A stretch of DNA of 63,871 nucleotides, the filler included, from Kipferlia bialata (taxonomy: Eukaryota): assembly GCA_003568945.1 (NCBI GenBank). It is 6 parts of 6 records of this genome, joined end to end, with 100 filler letters (N's around TTAATTAATTAA, not from the genome) between each part and the next. Parts side by side here need not be neighbours in the genome. Positions count along the whole stretch, not along the records: positions 13,143 to 26,183 come from BDIP01000993.1; positions 26,284 to 39,322 come from BDIP01000994.1; 4 more parts are not named here. One strand, given 5' to 3'. Each line of letters opens with the position of its first letter. Within the stretch, counting starts at the first letter, position 1. Of this stretch, positions 13,191-27,248 are shown one piece after another. The translations under genes were made by a program, and so were the position numbers. The notes below the pieces were generated by a model that searched no databases, had not been told where the DNA came from, and saw only the letters and a program-made list of their open reading frames with translations.

Positions 13191-13341
13191 GAGACTGTGT
13201 GCGTGGCTCTACCCTATGCAACAATACTTATGACACTGACACCCCATATGGTGTACCTCCATTAAGAATACACACATGTGACCCATCCTCATTGACAGAC
13301 ACATACATATATATACTATATGTATACACATATGCATCCAC

Positions 13342-13585
13342 TCACACTGTCCACTCTGAACTGCCCTCCTCTTGAGTTCTGGATGCACCTGTCCACCTGG
13401 GACACAACCTGATGGGTCAGTACCCACAGACTCATAGGAGCACACTGACACTGACACTGACACTGACACTGATGCCAACAATAATAATATATCGATGTGT
13501 ATACCTCTGGGTGCTCCTCCCCGTATCTTGCCCTGAATGCACTGAACTCAGCATCACCCCATGCCTTGCACCCCCGACTAGGCAT
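13342..13585 (-). CDS. Fragmentary exons of an unknown gene, truncated at the contig start
   Basis: MPSRGCKAWGDAEFSAFRARYGEEHPE|VVSQVDRCIQNSRGGQFRVD, with a GT..CTGACCCATCAG intron. No family recognised. Confidence 0.35.
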
Positions 13586-13948
13586 GCAGGGTAACAGGTG
13601 GGTGTATCGGCGTCACTGCCAGCCCTTGTGACTCAATGGAGGGGCAGATACATCGTAGTGAGCAGAAACACCGTTGGGAGAACGGTGCCCCTAATACAGT
13701 GACACTGTGTGGACCGCAACTTACAGTCTACATGTTGCTTTAGAGAGACTGTCCTTTCCACTGGTAGAAGGGTCTCGCTGGTGGAGTTATACGAATGGGT
13801 CACACCAAGCAACGTCTCAATCAGTAGTAAGCTCACTTCAACATGAGAAACAGGACCAACCCCTTGTTTTTGTCACTGTAGATTGTCACAGTTGACTCAC
13901 ACTGACGGGCCACCATGCCTCTCTACCGGTCTCCTGTGATTCTGCTAC

Positions 13949-16900
13949 ATGCCAGAGGAGCACTATGGCAGCTCTACACTGAGCGCCATGTGCCCCGGCA
14001 TCCCACCCGGCCTAGCAAGGGTAGTAGTGCCTGCAGTGATTGGATTGTGTGACGGTTCCAACACCGACCCCCAGCACCTAAGCCTCCGCCCTCTAGCACT
14101 CAGTGTGTCCCAACAACTTGACGGTCTGTCCTTAGGTGTCTCTGAGGTTCATGTGATGTCAGTGTTAGACCAGCACCTCTTCCTTGTGGGTCAGTGTCAG
14201 GGTGGGGGTGGCTGCCACTCTGACCTTGTCTCTGCCCTTCTCTCTGACCGTCCCTACACCCCTATAGCAGACTCGGGGGAGGACATCACCACCAGGTATC
14301 TCTCTGTCTGGACAAATACTGATTCCTTCTTACACAATGGTGACTCCCTAGTGGTGACACTCAGTAGTGTCGTCTACACGCATGCCCACATATATACTTG
14401 GTGACAGCAAGTTGGTGTACAATGTGTATACATACATATACATACATACCTGTATATACATACCTATATACATATACCTATTTATTAAAGTCGCACTCAC
14501 ACCCAGGTGTCAGGTGATACGAGTCCTCTGGCCATGCATCCAGGCCCTGCTGTCCTCTGTCTCTCGCCTGTGTCCGTCCCATACCAATGATGCATTGACC
14601 GATGCACCCGATGCATGCCTCAGATACCCCAGCGAGGGGGGGGCACACCACATGGCTCCTGAGGAGTACGGAGACACATGGGAGAGGGGAAGCCAGCCTG
14701 TCTGTCTCTACAATGAGGCCAACCGCACCCTCCACCTGGCGCGGCTAGCGGCGATATCCAGTCAACTACTCTCCATGACCCTGAGATACAACACGATGCA
14801 GATGCAGCCCAGGGCCATGTCGCTGGCTGCTGCCCTACAGGTATCCGAGACACTTCTCATTCAGCAGGACCTCTGCAGTGAGGACGGTGTGCAGTACCAG
14901 GAGGCCCTCCATGTCTGGACCCAGGCCACTGCCCCTGTCCTGTCATTGTTCATGAAGCAGGTATCGGGGTATGCATTGTACTATACCCTATACAGTATCT
15001 GGTGTTAATACTGGTCTCTACCCTGTACAGTATCTGGGTGTATACACAGCGTAGGCCGTGTATTCATTATGGCGTTGTACTAGTTTCACTAGGTATGAGG
15101 CAATATTCTATATATTAGAAACTTGCTTAATAATACTCACAATTCAACGTGATGATATGATTATTCTGTGATGGAATACATTCGTTTATAGCCGAATCCC
15201 TACCTGTCTAACAAGACCAGAGAGGGTCCCGATCCCACCCCATCAGGCCTCTCATGGTACTGCTTGGGGCTAGGGGTGTGGGAAAGACATGGCAAGCAGC
15301 TGCCTTCGCACTACAGACTGCAAGGGACAAGCACCTCGCCACCGTGCCCTACTACGTGTCCCTGCGCCACCCCTTGAGGGATACCCTCCTCTCATGCTTT
15401 GGGGTGTCTGAGCCTGGGGCACTGGCCAAGTGCATATGCAGCATGGCATCTAGGGGGAAGGGACTGCTACTGATCCTAGACGGTCTGCAGGAGGTTCAGG
15501 GGGAAGAGCAACGCCATGAGACAATATCGTGGGTCCTTCAGCTCTTAAAGGTGTGTTCTGTACATCGAGAGAGTCCTTATTATAGTGACACTGGATAATC
15601 TTATGTATTTACTCATTAGATCAATAGTTTTAAATGATGATTTGACGGTTATACTCTCTCACAGATTTTATCACAGATGTGGGCTTCTTACTTACCGGAT
15701 ACTACTCCTTTCTCATACCTTATCCCTTAGAGCGCCCCTCCCACCACTCGTGTACTCCTCACGTCCACCCGCGAGACGTGGCACGAGTGCATTGGTGCTG
15801 GTGTCTCCTTGTACAGACCCGTGGTGGAGGCCCTCACCTTCAGAGCATCTCCCTGTCAAGACGACCCTTCGACCACCACACTACCCCACATGTCCCGAAC
15901 AGAGATACAGGAAGGGCTGTCCCGCTACGGACTGCCTTGTGTGCTGACGTCCACTGTTACAGAACTGGGTGGCTCCCCTAGTCTCCTCGGGGTCCTGTCT
16001 CGACACATGTCAGGTGTGGACGCTATGCCCTCTGACACCACCTCCATGTCCCTGGCGGTGTTTGAGGGACTGGGCCTCACCCCAGAAGTGCTGTCGGAGT
16101 GTGTGTACCCTCTATTCAAGTGCCTGGGATACGGCACAGACGGCAGGGTATCGGATTGCGACCTGGTGGGGCTCAGGTCTCTGCCTGGGTGGAGTACCGT
16201 CACTAACTCGGGTCTACTATGCAGGGTGAGTGAGACTGTGCACACACTGAGGCACCAATACAGACCCTTTGCACAGGTACTTATGCACAACCTGGACGGG
16301 AAGACAGAGCACCGGCAAATGCTAGTCGCAGAGCTGCTCAAAACAGAGGTTACCTTTAACCAGAGGCTGTGGGAGTTAAGGCGAAGACTCACAGAACTCA
16401 GTCTTGGACTAAAGGGGGCCAGAAAGGAGACAGCGGAGCTAGGTCGCTACACTAGAAACCTCAACATCATACAGGAAGTGAGTGATGGCTTCATCAGAGA
16501 CCTGGAAGCGATGGGAGCTACTCCGGCCACGTTGGGTGATGTACTGAACAGCAACGCGGCATCTATCTGTATGTACAAGCCGTACATAGCCCAGCTAGCG
16601 GCATGCCACCGATACCTTGCAGGGAGGAGGGTGAGCAGGGCTCTGAAGGCAGTAAGGGTGGAGAGCGTGGGAGGAGACCCTGAACCATGGTAAGCCACCG
16701 TACGTACTGGATGATAACCACAGTTATGATATAGAGAAGCGCCGCTGTGTAACAGCAGCCTAAGATTGTAAGAGAATTATATGTCCATCGCCAACCGCAG
16801 GCCCACCTCAGCCCTTCTTGTTGAGCCAGCACAGCGCACCATGCGATACCACCTACTCGCCAGTGAGTACAGGAAGTGCCTCCCCCCTAACCACCATGAG

Positions 16901-17920
16901 ATAGTGTCTATGGACAAGGCAGTGTGTGTCCTATCACAAATGGCACAGGGGGTCAATGAGACGGAGCGCCAGGTGGATGGCAAGACGGGTCTGCGCACCC
17001 TCTGTCAGACACTCACAGGGCAAGGATCTAAAGAGCTGGCTGTGCTACTGCTGCAGCCTCACCGGACAGTGGTGGCTGAGATGGAAATGGAGGTAGATGT
17101 ATGTGTCATACCAAAGACAATATGACTCCATTTGTTCTGTCACCAAACCCATGCATTTCTGACTCAAGGTGGAGACTGGGATTCAAGGCACGGGTTCCAA
17201 CCTCCACAGGGTGTATCTCCTGAATGACATGGTATTGGTGATGGGTCCTGTGGATACCACAGAGGCACACACCTGTGTGGTCAGATCATCGCTAGGGGAA
17301 GTGGAGGTATTTGTCAATCCCAATGTATACAGGACTGCGCTTCAGTAATACTGAATCAGTATCCATCGTCGTGGAGACAAATCTCGTTGGAGTAGTTAGG
17401 TCTCCCTTATACTCTCAATTTGAGAGTATCAACGCTAGTACGACTGGAATTCTGCATTCCCCACCCCAGATAGAGATGGCGGGTCCTGGTGGTGCCCCGA
17501 CCCTGTTGAGGCTGAGGGTGTGTATAGCTTACTAAATAATATATAATATGTATGGGATTCCACCTTTAATCCACTTGGACATGTGTGCTACGAGGACATA
17601 ATGTCTATAACTTGCCGTTGTCTAATGAGTGGGAATAGATGTGGGTATATATCTCAAGGCACATCTCCCTCCATCCCCTTCCTGACCTAGGTATCAGGCC
17701 TCAGTCTCTCTACAGTCTCAGCCTATAGTGCTGGGGTATGGGCCCCAAGAGTCATGGCAGCTGTGGTAGGGCACACTATGTATGTATACTTATTATGTAT
17801 AACTGTATGTGAATATTATGACACTATTGGTTGGAACTGTCCCCATATAGCTTCGTTATGAAAGTGTATTGGTACTCTGACGCTAGACTGCCCAGCAGGA
17901 CCGTTAGGCTGGGGAGTTAA
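13949..17920 (+). CDS. NACHT/STAND-like P-loop NTPase fused to a Dbl-homology RhoGEF (DH) and a PH-like domain
   Basis: NTPase motifs: Walker A GARGVGKT (15266-15289), Walker B LLLILDGLQE (15464-15493), sensor-1-like RVLLTSTR and GxP-like ELGGSPSLL. DH motifs: HRQMLVAELLKTEVTF, YKPYIAQ and LLVEPAQRTMRYHLL..CLPPNH..MAQGVNE. PH-like HRVYLLNDMVLV. TAA at 17918-17920. Confidence 0.8.
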
Positions 17921-18246
17921 CAACGCACGAGTTGAATTCTTTGCTGCTGATGTGAATATCTCTGGTGTGGTGTTGAGTCACAAGATGACAATGTCCAGAG
18001 ATAGACAGTGTCTATAAGACACAACTTCTCTTCTCCATGACGTCTATGTAATCAGCGACAAAGGCGGATTCAATTTTGACTATTCGTCAATATATTATAA
18101 ATTGATGAATAGATTGCAATCAGTCACCTTGTCAGCAAAAGGGTTACAGGATGAGGACGCCGTCCTGGACGATGAACGCATTGCTGTCTAACGTTAAAGT
18201 CTAACCGCTGAACAGCTCTGGCCCCTTAGTCAAAAACTCTGGACCG

Positions 18247-19179
18247 ATGGTCCTGCGGATGAACGTCTATACCAAGGCCCTACATCAAATGGTCAGCCGG
18301 GGCAAGGTTGCACTGCTGCTGGGGGTGCTGGGGATCAGGTGAGGGTGTTAGTTACACTAGGGGCCTAGATATACTAGGCCTAGTTATAATGGAGATTCAT
18401 AAGGTGATCTTGACTTCAGTTGTGTCAAGACAATATGGATGCACCAGTCTCAAGTCGTCTATATACTCTACCCCCCAACATTATCTTTATGTTGGGTTCA
18501 GTTTCGTGGCATATGCACACCAATATACTCTGTGTATGCAGTAAATAGATGGCAATAGTATATGTTTATTGGATTGTAGTATACCAATCCATCCTGAACC
18601 CCAGTGGTCTGTTTGGCCCTGCCTGTCAGGCACTGATGGCCATATACCCACAGACATTCCTAGGTGGATACTGAAAGTGTATTGTATATATATATAGGGG
18701 TACCGACGGACATTCCTAGGGGGTGGGTGGGTAGTTGGTGGTGTCGATATACATGTGTATCGGTATCCCAAGCTTTGACACATTCAGCCCCTTTCAATAG
18801 TATGTTGACACTCTCCTATATCCCTCTCCATACCCATCATGCCCCCCCCCCCCTCACCCCCCAGGATGGTTTGAGGCCCACACCCTGCTCTGGATCGTAG
18901 TGGGGTACGTAGTGTTCCTCTACATTCATGTGTATATGTCTATATGGTATATATACTGTATCAGTATCAGTATCAGTATCAGTGAGGGGAGAGGGTGGCA
19001 AGACCATAAGGCTGGGTATGTATATACTATCACATCAATGGCTATACTGCCTCCCCCCCCACCCCAGCTCTGCCGTGGCCCTGGGCACTCTGGCATACTT
19101 CATGGGGCTGGTGGTGTGGTCAGAGTGGTCCACACGCACAGTGTGAGTGGATGCTGTATAGAGTTTAGTGTGATAGGGG

Positions 19180-19216
<37 letters not shown>

Positions 19217-19273
19217 ACCCACACAGCCTCTCCCCATCTCTCCCCCTCCTTCTCTCTCACTCCTAGGCCTTAA
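18247..19273 (+). CDS. Possible small hydrophobic/membrane protein (exon chain uncertain)
   Basis: Exon-like segments KVALLLGVLG, GLFGPACQALMAIYPQTFL, WFEAHTLLWIVVG and SAVALGTLAYFMGLVVWSEW lie between canonical splice sites. Phases are not fully reconciled. Confidence 0.35.
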
Positions 19274-19364
19274 CAGAGTCTTCCTTGCTGTCGATCTCCC
19301 TGGCCACGCCCTGTCCTGCCATATAGGCACATACCACCCCAACCCCACTGCCCCTGGGGCCGGC

Positions 19365-22300
19365 ATGGCAGTTGACTGCGAGGCAGAGGCAGAGGCAGAG
19401 ACAGCACTGCCACCCACCCTATCCACCCTGGGTAGGTGGGAGTGGCAGGACGTGCCTGGGGGGGAGTGGGCACCTGGGGCAGACATGGCTACTGTGGCCG
19501 TGGTCAGGTATGTGTGTGTATATACGTGTGCCTCCATCCATCCACTATTTGTACACACTTTCCCATTCACCTTCCAGGATTGAGCGTCGGGTGTACGTTG
19601 TGTATTCAGGTGGTATGTACTTCCGCTGCTTCGATCTTGACCTGCACCAGTGGGTACCAGAGCATGAGCTCTTGCAAACAGAATTCAATGACCACCCAGG
19701 TATCTTTATGTCGTGCCAGTGTCCTATCCTCTACCTATTCCCACGGTGTTCGCTGGATCAATTATTCATGCAAAACTATTCCTCACTCGGGTGTTAACTT
19801 ATGTCAGAGTATCGCGGGAAGCCTTGTGTGTTTGCTCTGAATGGGTCTCTCATTGTGACTGGCGGATACGGGTGCGTATTTATGACCACACTCCTAGCAG
19901 TCTCTCTCAATCTCACATTATCCTCTCAACTGGGATCCCTGGCAGAATGCACACATCCAACTAATCCAACTAATCCAACTAACTAATCCTCAGTGCAAGG
20001 GTCTCCAGCTCTCTGACCAAGATTATGGCGTACGATCCATCTCTGAGGTTTGTCTCATGCAATGTTTCTGATTGTATTTGCTAGAAGTATTCTGATACAT
20101 GTATACTTTGCGCTGACCTTAAGACGCTGGGCGATTGTGGGAGAGACCCCCTACTCTGTGCTGGATCCATCAGTGTGTGTCCAGGGCACAAAGGCATATC
20201 TATATGGGGGGAAGTTCCACATTACTCGGGCCATGGGCCGCAGCACCTACCTTACCCTCTCTGTCATTGGTGGGTCAGCAGTGTGTTCAGTGGGGGACCT
20301 GCCAAAGGTGAGGGTTGATGCCTGGAATGGTGTGTTGGTACTATTGATGTCATCTTCGGCATGGATATAGATATGTATATATATATATATATATACCTAT
20401 ATATAGTATATATATTCCTATATTCAACTGGTCCCATGTGTTTGCCCATGTGTGCCCACTTACTCCCTAGGTGATGTGCGTCTCTGAGCCCTGTCCGTGC
20501 CTGGACCTGGGCGAATGGGCCCTCATCATGAGAGAGTCTGTGTGTGTCAGGTACCCTTTGGGTGCTGCGCCAGAGTGGGTGGAGTATCCAAAGGTGGACG
20601 AAGGGTATGTGGGCCGTCCCACTGTACTTGCACATCACGTATGTCGACTGAGTGCCGGTGTCTGGGTGAACATTGAGTCCATGGCCAACGGTAGGGTGGA
20701 TACACCTATCGAGCTGCACTACATCGCCCCTAGCCTTGCTGGAGCCCAGATTAGTGTAGCCGCGCTGGCTCCCAGACTACAATGCTCAGTGGCAGACGTC
20801 GTAGAAGACGTTGTACGGTTGTCTGTTTGTCTGGTATGTGGTTTGGCAGTTACTGTGTTTTTTTGTATGCTCAGGTACACTCAATCCATCTCACCCCAGT
20901 ATCCCCCTACTGATCTCTTCTTCCCTCTCCTTGCTGTTGCCTTCCGAGTTGCCGTTCTCAACGATACAGACGCCACGTCAGCATTCACCAGGACCCTGCG
21001 GTCTCTCCCAAAGCCCCTTCCAGACCGGTCTGAGACCTCTGGGTCCAAGCCTCTTTTCGACTCAGTCATATCCTTCCTTCTGCAGCTTCTGTCCTCTCCT
21101 GAAGTCACTGGGTGCACCGGTACCATTCCTGTAAACCCAATCGAGACTGTAGTCCTTGCTCTCTCTCTGGGCTCGTGTGCCATCGAGCCTATCACTCACC
21201 GGCTGTGCTTCCAGGTAGACAATATCTGAGGACCATAATACACCCATAATGCTGGTACACTACAATAACAACAAGCTACTGAGGCGTTACTCTAATAGTC
21301 AAATAATAATAGGGAATGCTAGTCATGATGACCATCTTTAGACGACGGAGTGCACACGCCATACAGTGCTGTGTAGCATTCCTGGACACCCTATCAGAGA
21401 CTGCTATGGGGGACTTGTTCCAATCCATGGCCAGCGACGTTTTGGGTGAGGACACGTAATTCTTTCCTATACTTGGGGTATATGGAGGTATATACTAATC
21501 CCAGTCTTCGAGGACAGGGGTCGTAGGAGTATCTTAGCGTCAATGGAGGGTGAGAACCCTCTGCACGAGAACCATCTAGGGAGGGCAGGCGGTCTCTCCC
21601 ATGCATTCTCCTGCCTCACCATCCTGCAGTTCGGGCGTCAGGCTGATGGCACCTACCCGGAGTGGATGGGTCCCATCAAGGTCTCTCTAGACAAGGAGAG
21701 AGAGAAGGACCCTCTGGGAGTTCTTGCTGCTACTGCCGCCTTCAATGCAGGTCCAGTTGGTTTCACCCCTCCTAATGCGGTATTGGACGAACTGAAGCGT
21801 ACAGTGGGCCCCTGTGGTTGGGAGAACCCAGCCCACATGATGCAGTGTCTGGTTGGGATGACTCTCGACCACCCTAGGTACCTTGGGGTATGGCAACAGA
21901 TGGCTGCTAGAGTGACGAAAGACTGTTCCATACGGGCGGTGGATATCTCTGCATACCTGGTAGAGCCTGACCGCATGTCTGATGTTCTCAGTGTCCTCTA
22001 CGCTGCCCCTTCCATCCCCTCCCTCACCCTGCACCCTGAGACGCCTTCCCACGTCGGGGCATTCCTTCGTAGGGCGGCCCTTTGTCCTTCACAGGTCAAG
22101 CAGTGGCCACACCCGGCACCATATTCGTTCATGGGTACCCCCATACTGACACACCCTCCTGGGGTTGTATCTGTAGGGCCACCGATAGTGTCCCTGACCG
22201 AGTTAGACCACTTCGGCCTTGATAGGGTGATGTGTCTATCCAGCTGTGCTCTAGGGGATGGGAGATGTCTGGTGATGGCCCAACCCCGTCTCGAGACTTC

Positions 22301-23656
22301 CCAGTATGATCCCGACACTAGCATGCCCTGTGAGTGGTACACAATACAGGAGGAGGACACAGAGAGTGATGAGGACGAGGATATGTTCCACCCTGGCTTT
22401 GCCCATGTCAGAGTCGATAAGGTGGAGAACGGGCCACCGCTTGCCCACGTGCAGGGATGCAACATGTGGATGAATGGAGGATCGATGTTTGTACTTCTAC
22501 ATATGGCAGAGATGACACGCCCCCAGCCGTTAGAGATCATGCACACCCCTTGTGAGGAGTGGCACCAGCTATACCGAGTAGACACCGACACGATGCAGTG
22601 GACCCTCATTCCGGACCCCTCGCACCCCCCATACATAGATCTGGGCTACTGCGGATCTAGGGGTCTCAGTGTGGATGGCAAGTTGGTACTGTATCTCGCT
22701 GATGGTATTCAGGGGGGTGTCCATCGCGCAGGCCTCTCCGCTGTCAATGACAAGCCCGACAGTGCCACCCTTGTGTTCGATCCAGAGGCAGTGGCCTGGG
22801 TACAGGTGGAAAAGGCCCCCATGATCGTGGGGCGCTTCATCCAATGCGAGTGCAAGGCGCAGGAGAAAGTGTACTTCAGGGGAAACCCGATGCATAGGAT
22901 ACACGAGCAGGGCCCCTCGTCCTTCCAGTCAGCAGACGCATATGGCAAGATCACCTCCCTGGGGGACACCCTACCCATCACACACGTCACTGCTCACCCA
23001 GGGATACTATGTGTAGACAACACCATATACATGGCCACCCCTGGAAAGCCCGGTGTGTAATGTGGATATACTGTACCTTACAGTTCATATGTGTTGACCC
23101 GTACGGCTCTACTTTGACTTGCCTTTGTGCATACCTACATTCACTGGCTAAGAAGTAGGTTCTCGTTACTGACCCGCTAGCTCTTGCACTAGACACAGTG
23201 ACTGGGGTATACACCACATGTGGCACGATGCCCCCAGAGTCTGACGCAGCTACTCGGGAATTCTATGGGTGGGGATAGATGAACAGTCACATATTGCACC
23301 TGAAAGATACAAATAGTATTCACCATTAACGGACAACTCACACTCAGATATAAGACTCTCCAGATTGGCGAGGGATTGGCTCTACTCTACAATAATGAAG
23401 AGGGTATGTACTGGCGTATGTAACCGGCGTATATATGATATATACAGACATACTATGTATGTCTCACTGCCCCACTCTTTTGGCCTGCTTCCTTGCCTTC
23501 GTTGTGAGTCTGGCCCCAGTCTGGATGAAGTTACACAGATAGTGAATTGCTACCTACTCTCGTTCTTCATTGTTTCTCCCCCCAGAGGCCTCTCAGTACC
23601 TCATGAGGGTGGACATGGAGGCACACAGGGACAGGGAGGATGAGGTGTTCGAGTGA
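19365..23656 (+). CDS. Kelch-like beta-propeller protein(s), one long gene or two adjacent genes
   Basis: Kelch-type blades: GSLIVTGGY, IMAYDP..RWAIVGETP..AYLYGG, LYRVDTDTMQWTLIP, LSVDGKLVLY, LVFDPEAVAWVQVEKAP. Long ORFs at 20471-21229 and 21543-23060. Terminal exon ends with TGA at 23654-23656. Confidence 0.55.
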
Positions 23657-24007
23657 CCGCCTGTATATATACATGCTTCTTGTTGGGATGAATACCATCA
23701 TAACACGGGGAAATATAATAATCGAAATATAATAATCGTTAGTTCTTTTAGAATGTATATATACCGACACTAGCACTCTGAACACCACTCATGAATCAAT
23801 GTCAGATACATCATCTATTGTTTCATACATTCAATGAACGGGAGGTGAGATGTTGTACCACTAGGTCACACCAGCAATAATGCTGCGGACAATATGAATT
23901 CTATATACCCACTAGACGCAATAATAACACACACATCATTGAGAAACCTCTCTCACGGGTGGGCCGTCGTGATGTGTCTCTCTTTCAAACTCTCTCTCTC
24001 TCTCCAC

Positions 24008-26183
24008 CTAGACGGGCACCTGGGAGACCACCCTGTCTAGGTTGGAGTCCTCCTGCTCGGCAGCCCTCTTGCGGATCTCAGCCTCGATCTAAGGGTAAGG
24101 CAGGGTTGTGGAAAACATATGAGATGGTGGTTGTGTAGTGTCCACTACTAGAATCTAGTCTAGATATCTACAACTCTTATGAATGGGGTTGTGGTATATA
24201 CAATCCTCCTCTTGTACCTGGTGTCTCTCGAGTGGCACCTGGGGCACGATGGTGCAGATGATGCCGATGACTGGGTAGATGAGGGCAATGACCCACGACA
24301 CGTGGTTGTCCCAGTCGAAGATGTACCCCTGCACAAGCATGAAGACACTGCGGCCGAGGGAGTTGCCGATCTGGGTGAGGGGAGTAGAATACTAAAGGCA
24401 AGAATGAACTGGAAAGATAGAGAGCAGATAGAGCACAGAGAATATATGCAATACAGTCCACTGACCTGGAAGAGTCCGAGCATCATGCCTCTGTCCTCGG
24501 GAGATGACCACTCGGAGCAGAAGTGCAGGAAGGAGGGGTGGGCAAGGCCGTCCTGGATACCATTGAGCACGCAGCAGAAGGTGTAGATGTAGTAGTTGAA
24601 TACCCCGTCAGGGTCAGTGGCGCAGTACCCGATGGCAAAGACGGAGCAGGCCTGGCCGATGTGGATGACCTGCAGTGAGGGATGAAGAAACCAATATGCA
24701 ATAGGACTGTGAGACCACATACCATCTTCTCTCCAAACTTCTTGGAGAGGGGTCCCACAATGACAGAGCCCAGGACTCCGGCAGCGTTGAAGAGAAGGAC
24801 AGTCCAGGAGTAGAGGTACTGGGGTGAGAGGAGGTCGATCGACTGTATAGCTTCTGATGACATGTGTTCTCTACTCACCCCGGCATCATCGCTGTCCAGC
24901 CCACAGTGGTTGTTGACAATGCCTCCAGCCATGCCCTGGAAGAACGAGTGGGAGCCGAGAGTGACTGGGGTGAGTACTGGTAGAGTATTGAAGATTAGAC
25001 CGTGCCTCAAAGAGAGAGTGGGGATACATGCAAGGGGTGTGAGAACTAGCAACGTACATGTGTATCCGATGAACATGATCATGAGGTTCTTGTTCTTCCT
25101 GATGACCTTGATGGTGGAAACAAAGCCGGACTCCTTGGGGGCGCTGGGGTGGGTGGTGGGAAGAGGTGCACAGTCCGTTCCAAGTAGGGAGAGCTCATTT
25201 ATATATACAGACAGTGTCATCACTCTCCATACCTGTTTACATCCAGGGACAGAGAGTCGGCCTCAGTTCGGGCAATGCGGCTGGGGGTGAGGGATTAATA
25301 GACCAGTACTGATAGACTACTAGTGATATACTGCTATTGACTGACGCACATGGGGGCAGACTCTCTGAGGAAGAAGAGTGAGACCATGGCACCCATGAAG
25401 GAGAAGAAGGCTCCCAGGAACATGAGCTGCTAAGAGGTTAGGAGCAGAGTTCATGTGGAATAGATACTTGTAATATAGGTGAGGTACATCAGTCTTGCGT
25501 ACTGTGATACAGAGACTACTACCCACCTTCCACTCCCAGCCCATCTTGCCCAGGATCATGTTGAGGATGATACCTGCAAAGCAGCCAACCCAGCAGGCAC
25601 CGTTGAGGTAGGCGAGGGCCTGGGTGTGAGCGGTGAGGCATGATAGAAGGTGAAGACTGTGATTAATGTGTCTATATCTCTATATATACGTGTACCCCCA
25701 CCTTGGCCGTCTGCCTCATGGGAGTTACAACAGTGTATATATATCCAGGGATACATATATATATACTACATGCATGTAATTACCTTGGCCCTCTGCCTCA
25801 TGGGGGTGATATCGGCACAGATGGTGTTGCCGAGGGGGGCGTACTGGGGTGAGGGCAGTGTGGGACAGACATAGGTATAAGTATCTAAGTATACTGAATG
25901 CAACGTACAATGGCTCCGACACCGGAGAGTGCCCTGAAGAACAGGATGCCCCCGTAGGAGGTGGACAGAGCAAAGCCGACAAAGCACCCTGCATAGTTGA
26001 GGGAGATGATGACCATTGAGGGCTTGCGGCCAATCTTGTCACTGATCCTGGGGTGAGGGGGAATACTGAGTGTATACATACATATATGTGTATATAGTAC
26101 AACTGACTAAAACAGACAGCATATACCTGTGCCAGATGGGGGAGGAGAAGAGCTGCACGATGTTGAAGATGGCGAGGGCGTTG
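24008..26183 (-). CDS. Major facilitator superfamily transporter, 5'-truncated
   Basis: Motif A-like ISDKIGRKP, FFRALSGVGA, ADITPMRQRAK, GPLSKKFGEK and EDRGMMLGLFQ, with multiple TM exons. Last exon ...RVVSQVPV*. Confidence 0.92.
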
Positions 26184-26283
26184 NNNNNNNNNNNNNNNNN
26201 NNNNNNNNNNNNNNNNNNNNNNNNNNNTTAATTAATTAANNNNNNNNNNNNNNNNNNNNNNNNNNNNNNNNNNNNNNNNNNNN
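26184..26283. other. Artificial contig linker
   Basis: N-run, TTAATTAATTAA, N-run. Confidence 0.99.
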
Positions 26284-26322
<39 letters not shown>

Positions 26323-26442
26323 ACCCTTATTCTCAGGGGCCATGACTCTGCCATGGTTGTGATGGCATACACCTCTCTCTCTCTCTCTCTATGTATATAT
26401 ACAGTGCATATATGTATATATATATATATATCTCTTACACTA

Positions 26443-27248
26443 GGGGCCATGACTCTGCCATGGTTGTGATGGCATACACTGATCCATCATTCAACAGGGA
26501 GAGTGCAGAGAGAATGGTGAGTGTACATATTCTATGAACTGAGTGTATATATATGTGTACTTGTATGTTATGCATATATAGATGGATATACACTGACCCA
26601 TCCTTCAACAGGGAGAGTGCAGAGAGAATGGTACGGATTATATATGTATAGATATACTTTACATTAGTATATGTATAGATATTGTAAAGGTGTATATATA
26701 CACCACTAATGTGTATGTACACTGACCCATCCTTCAACAGAGAGAGTGCAGAGAGAATGGTAAGTATATACGAATATACCGTTGGTGCTTGGTCTCTGTA
26801 TATAGTCTCTTTCTCTCTTGCTATCAATACTATATGCATATATGTATCAACGAATAGGTCATGGACGTCATCAATCAATGTCGTCTCTCTCTCTCTCTCT
26901 CTTTCTCTCTCTATGTGTTTATATATGTGTGTGTGTATCTATTTCCTCTTACATCAGCTCAACCACTGGCTGAGGGTCATGTCTCTCTCTCTCTCTCCCC
27001 CCTCTCTCTATGTATATATATAGTCTTATTCCAGCTCAACCACTGGCTACGTGTCATGGATGTCATCAGGGAGAGGGGGCCCAAGGTCACACTCACTCAG
27101 GTAGGACGTATACTATTCTAACAGATGCTATGTGTAGAATACACCATATACTCATCACAGCTGTACCAGGCAGGGTAATGATATGTACCTGTCAGATTAT
27201 ATATTTGTGCTCATCTCAGCTCTACGAGGCAGTGGGTGACTCTCCAGA

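Noticed and set aside
11145..17920. Intein-like gene and NACHT-RhoGEF as a linked defence locus
   Set aside because: They lie on different contigs separated by an artificial linker, so the adjacency is not real.
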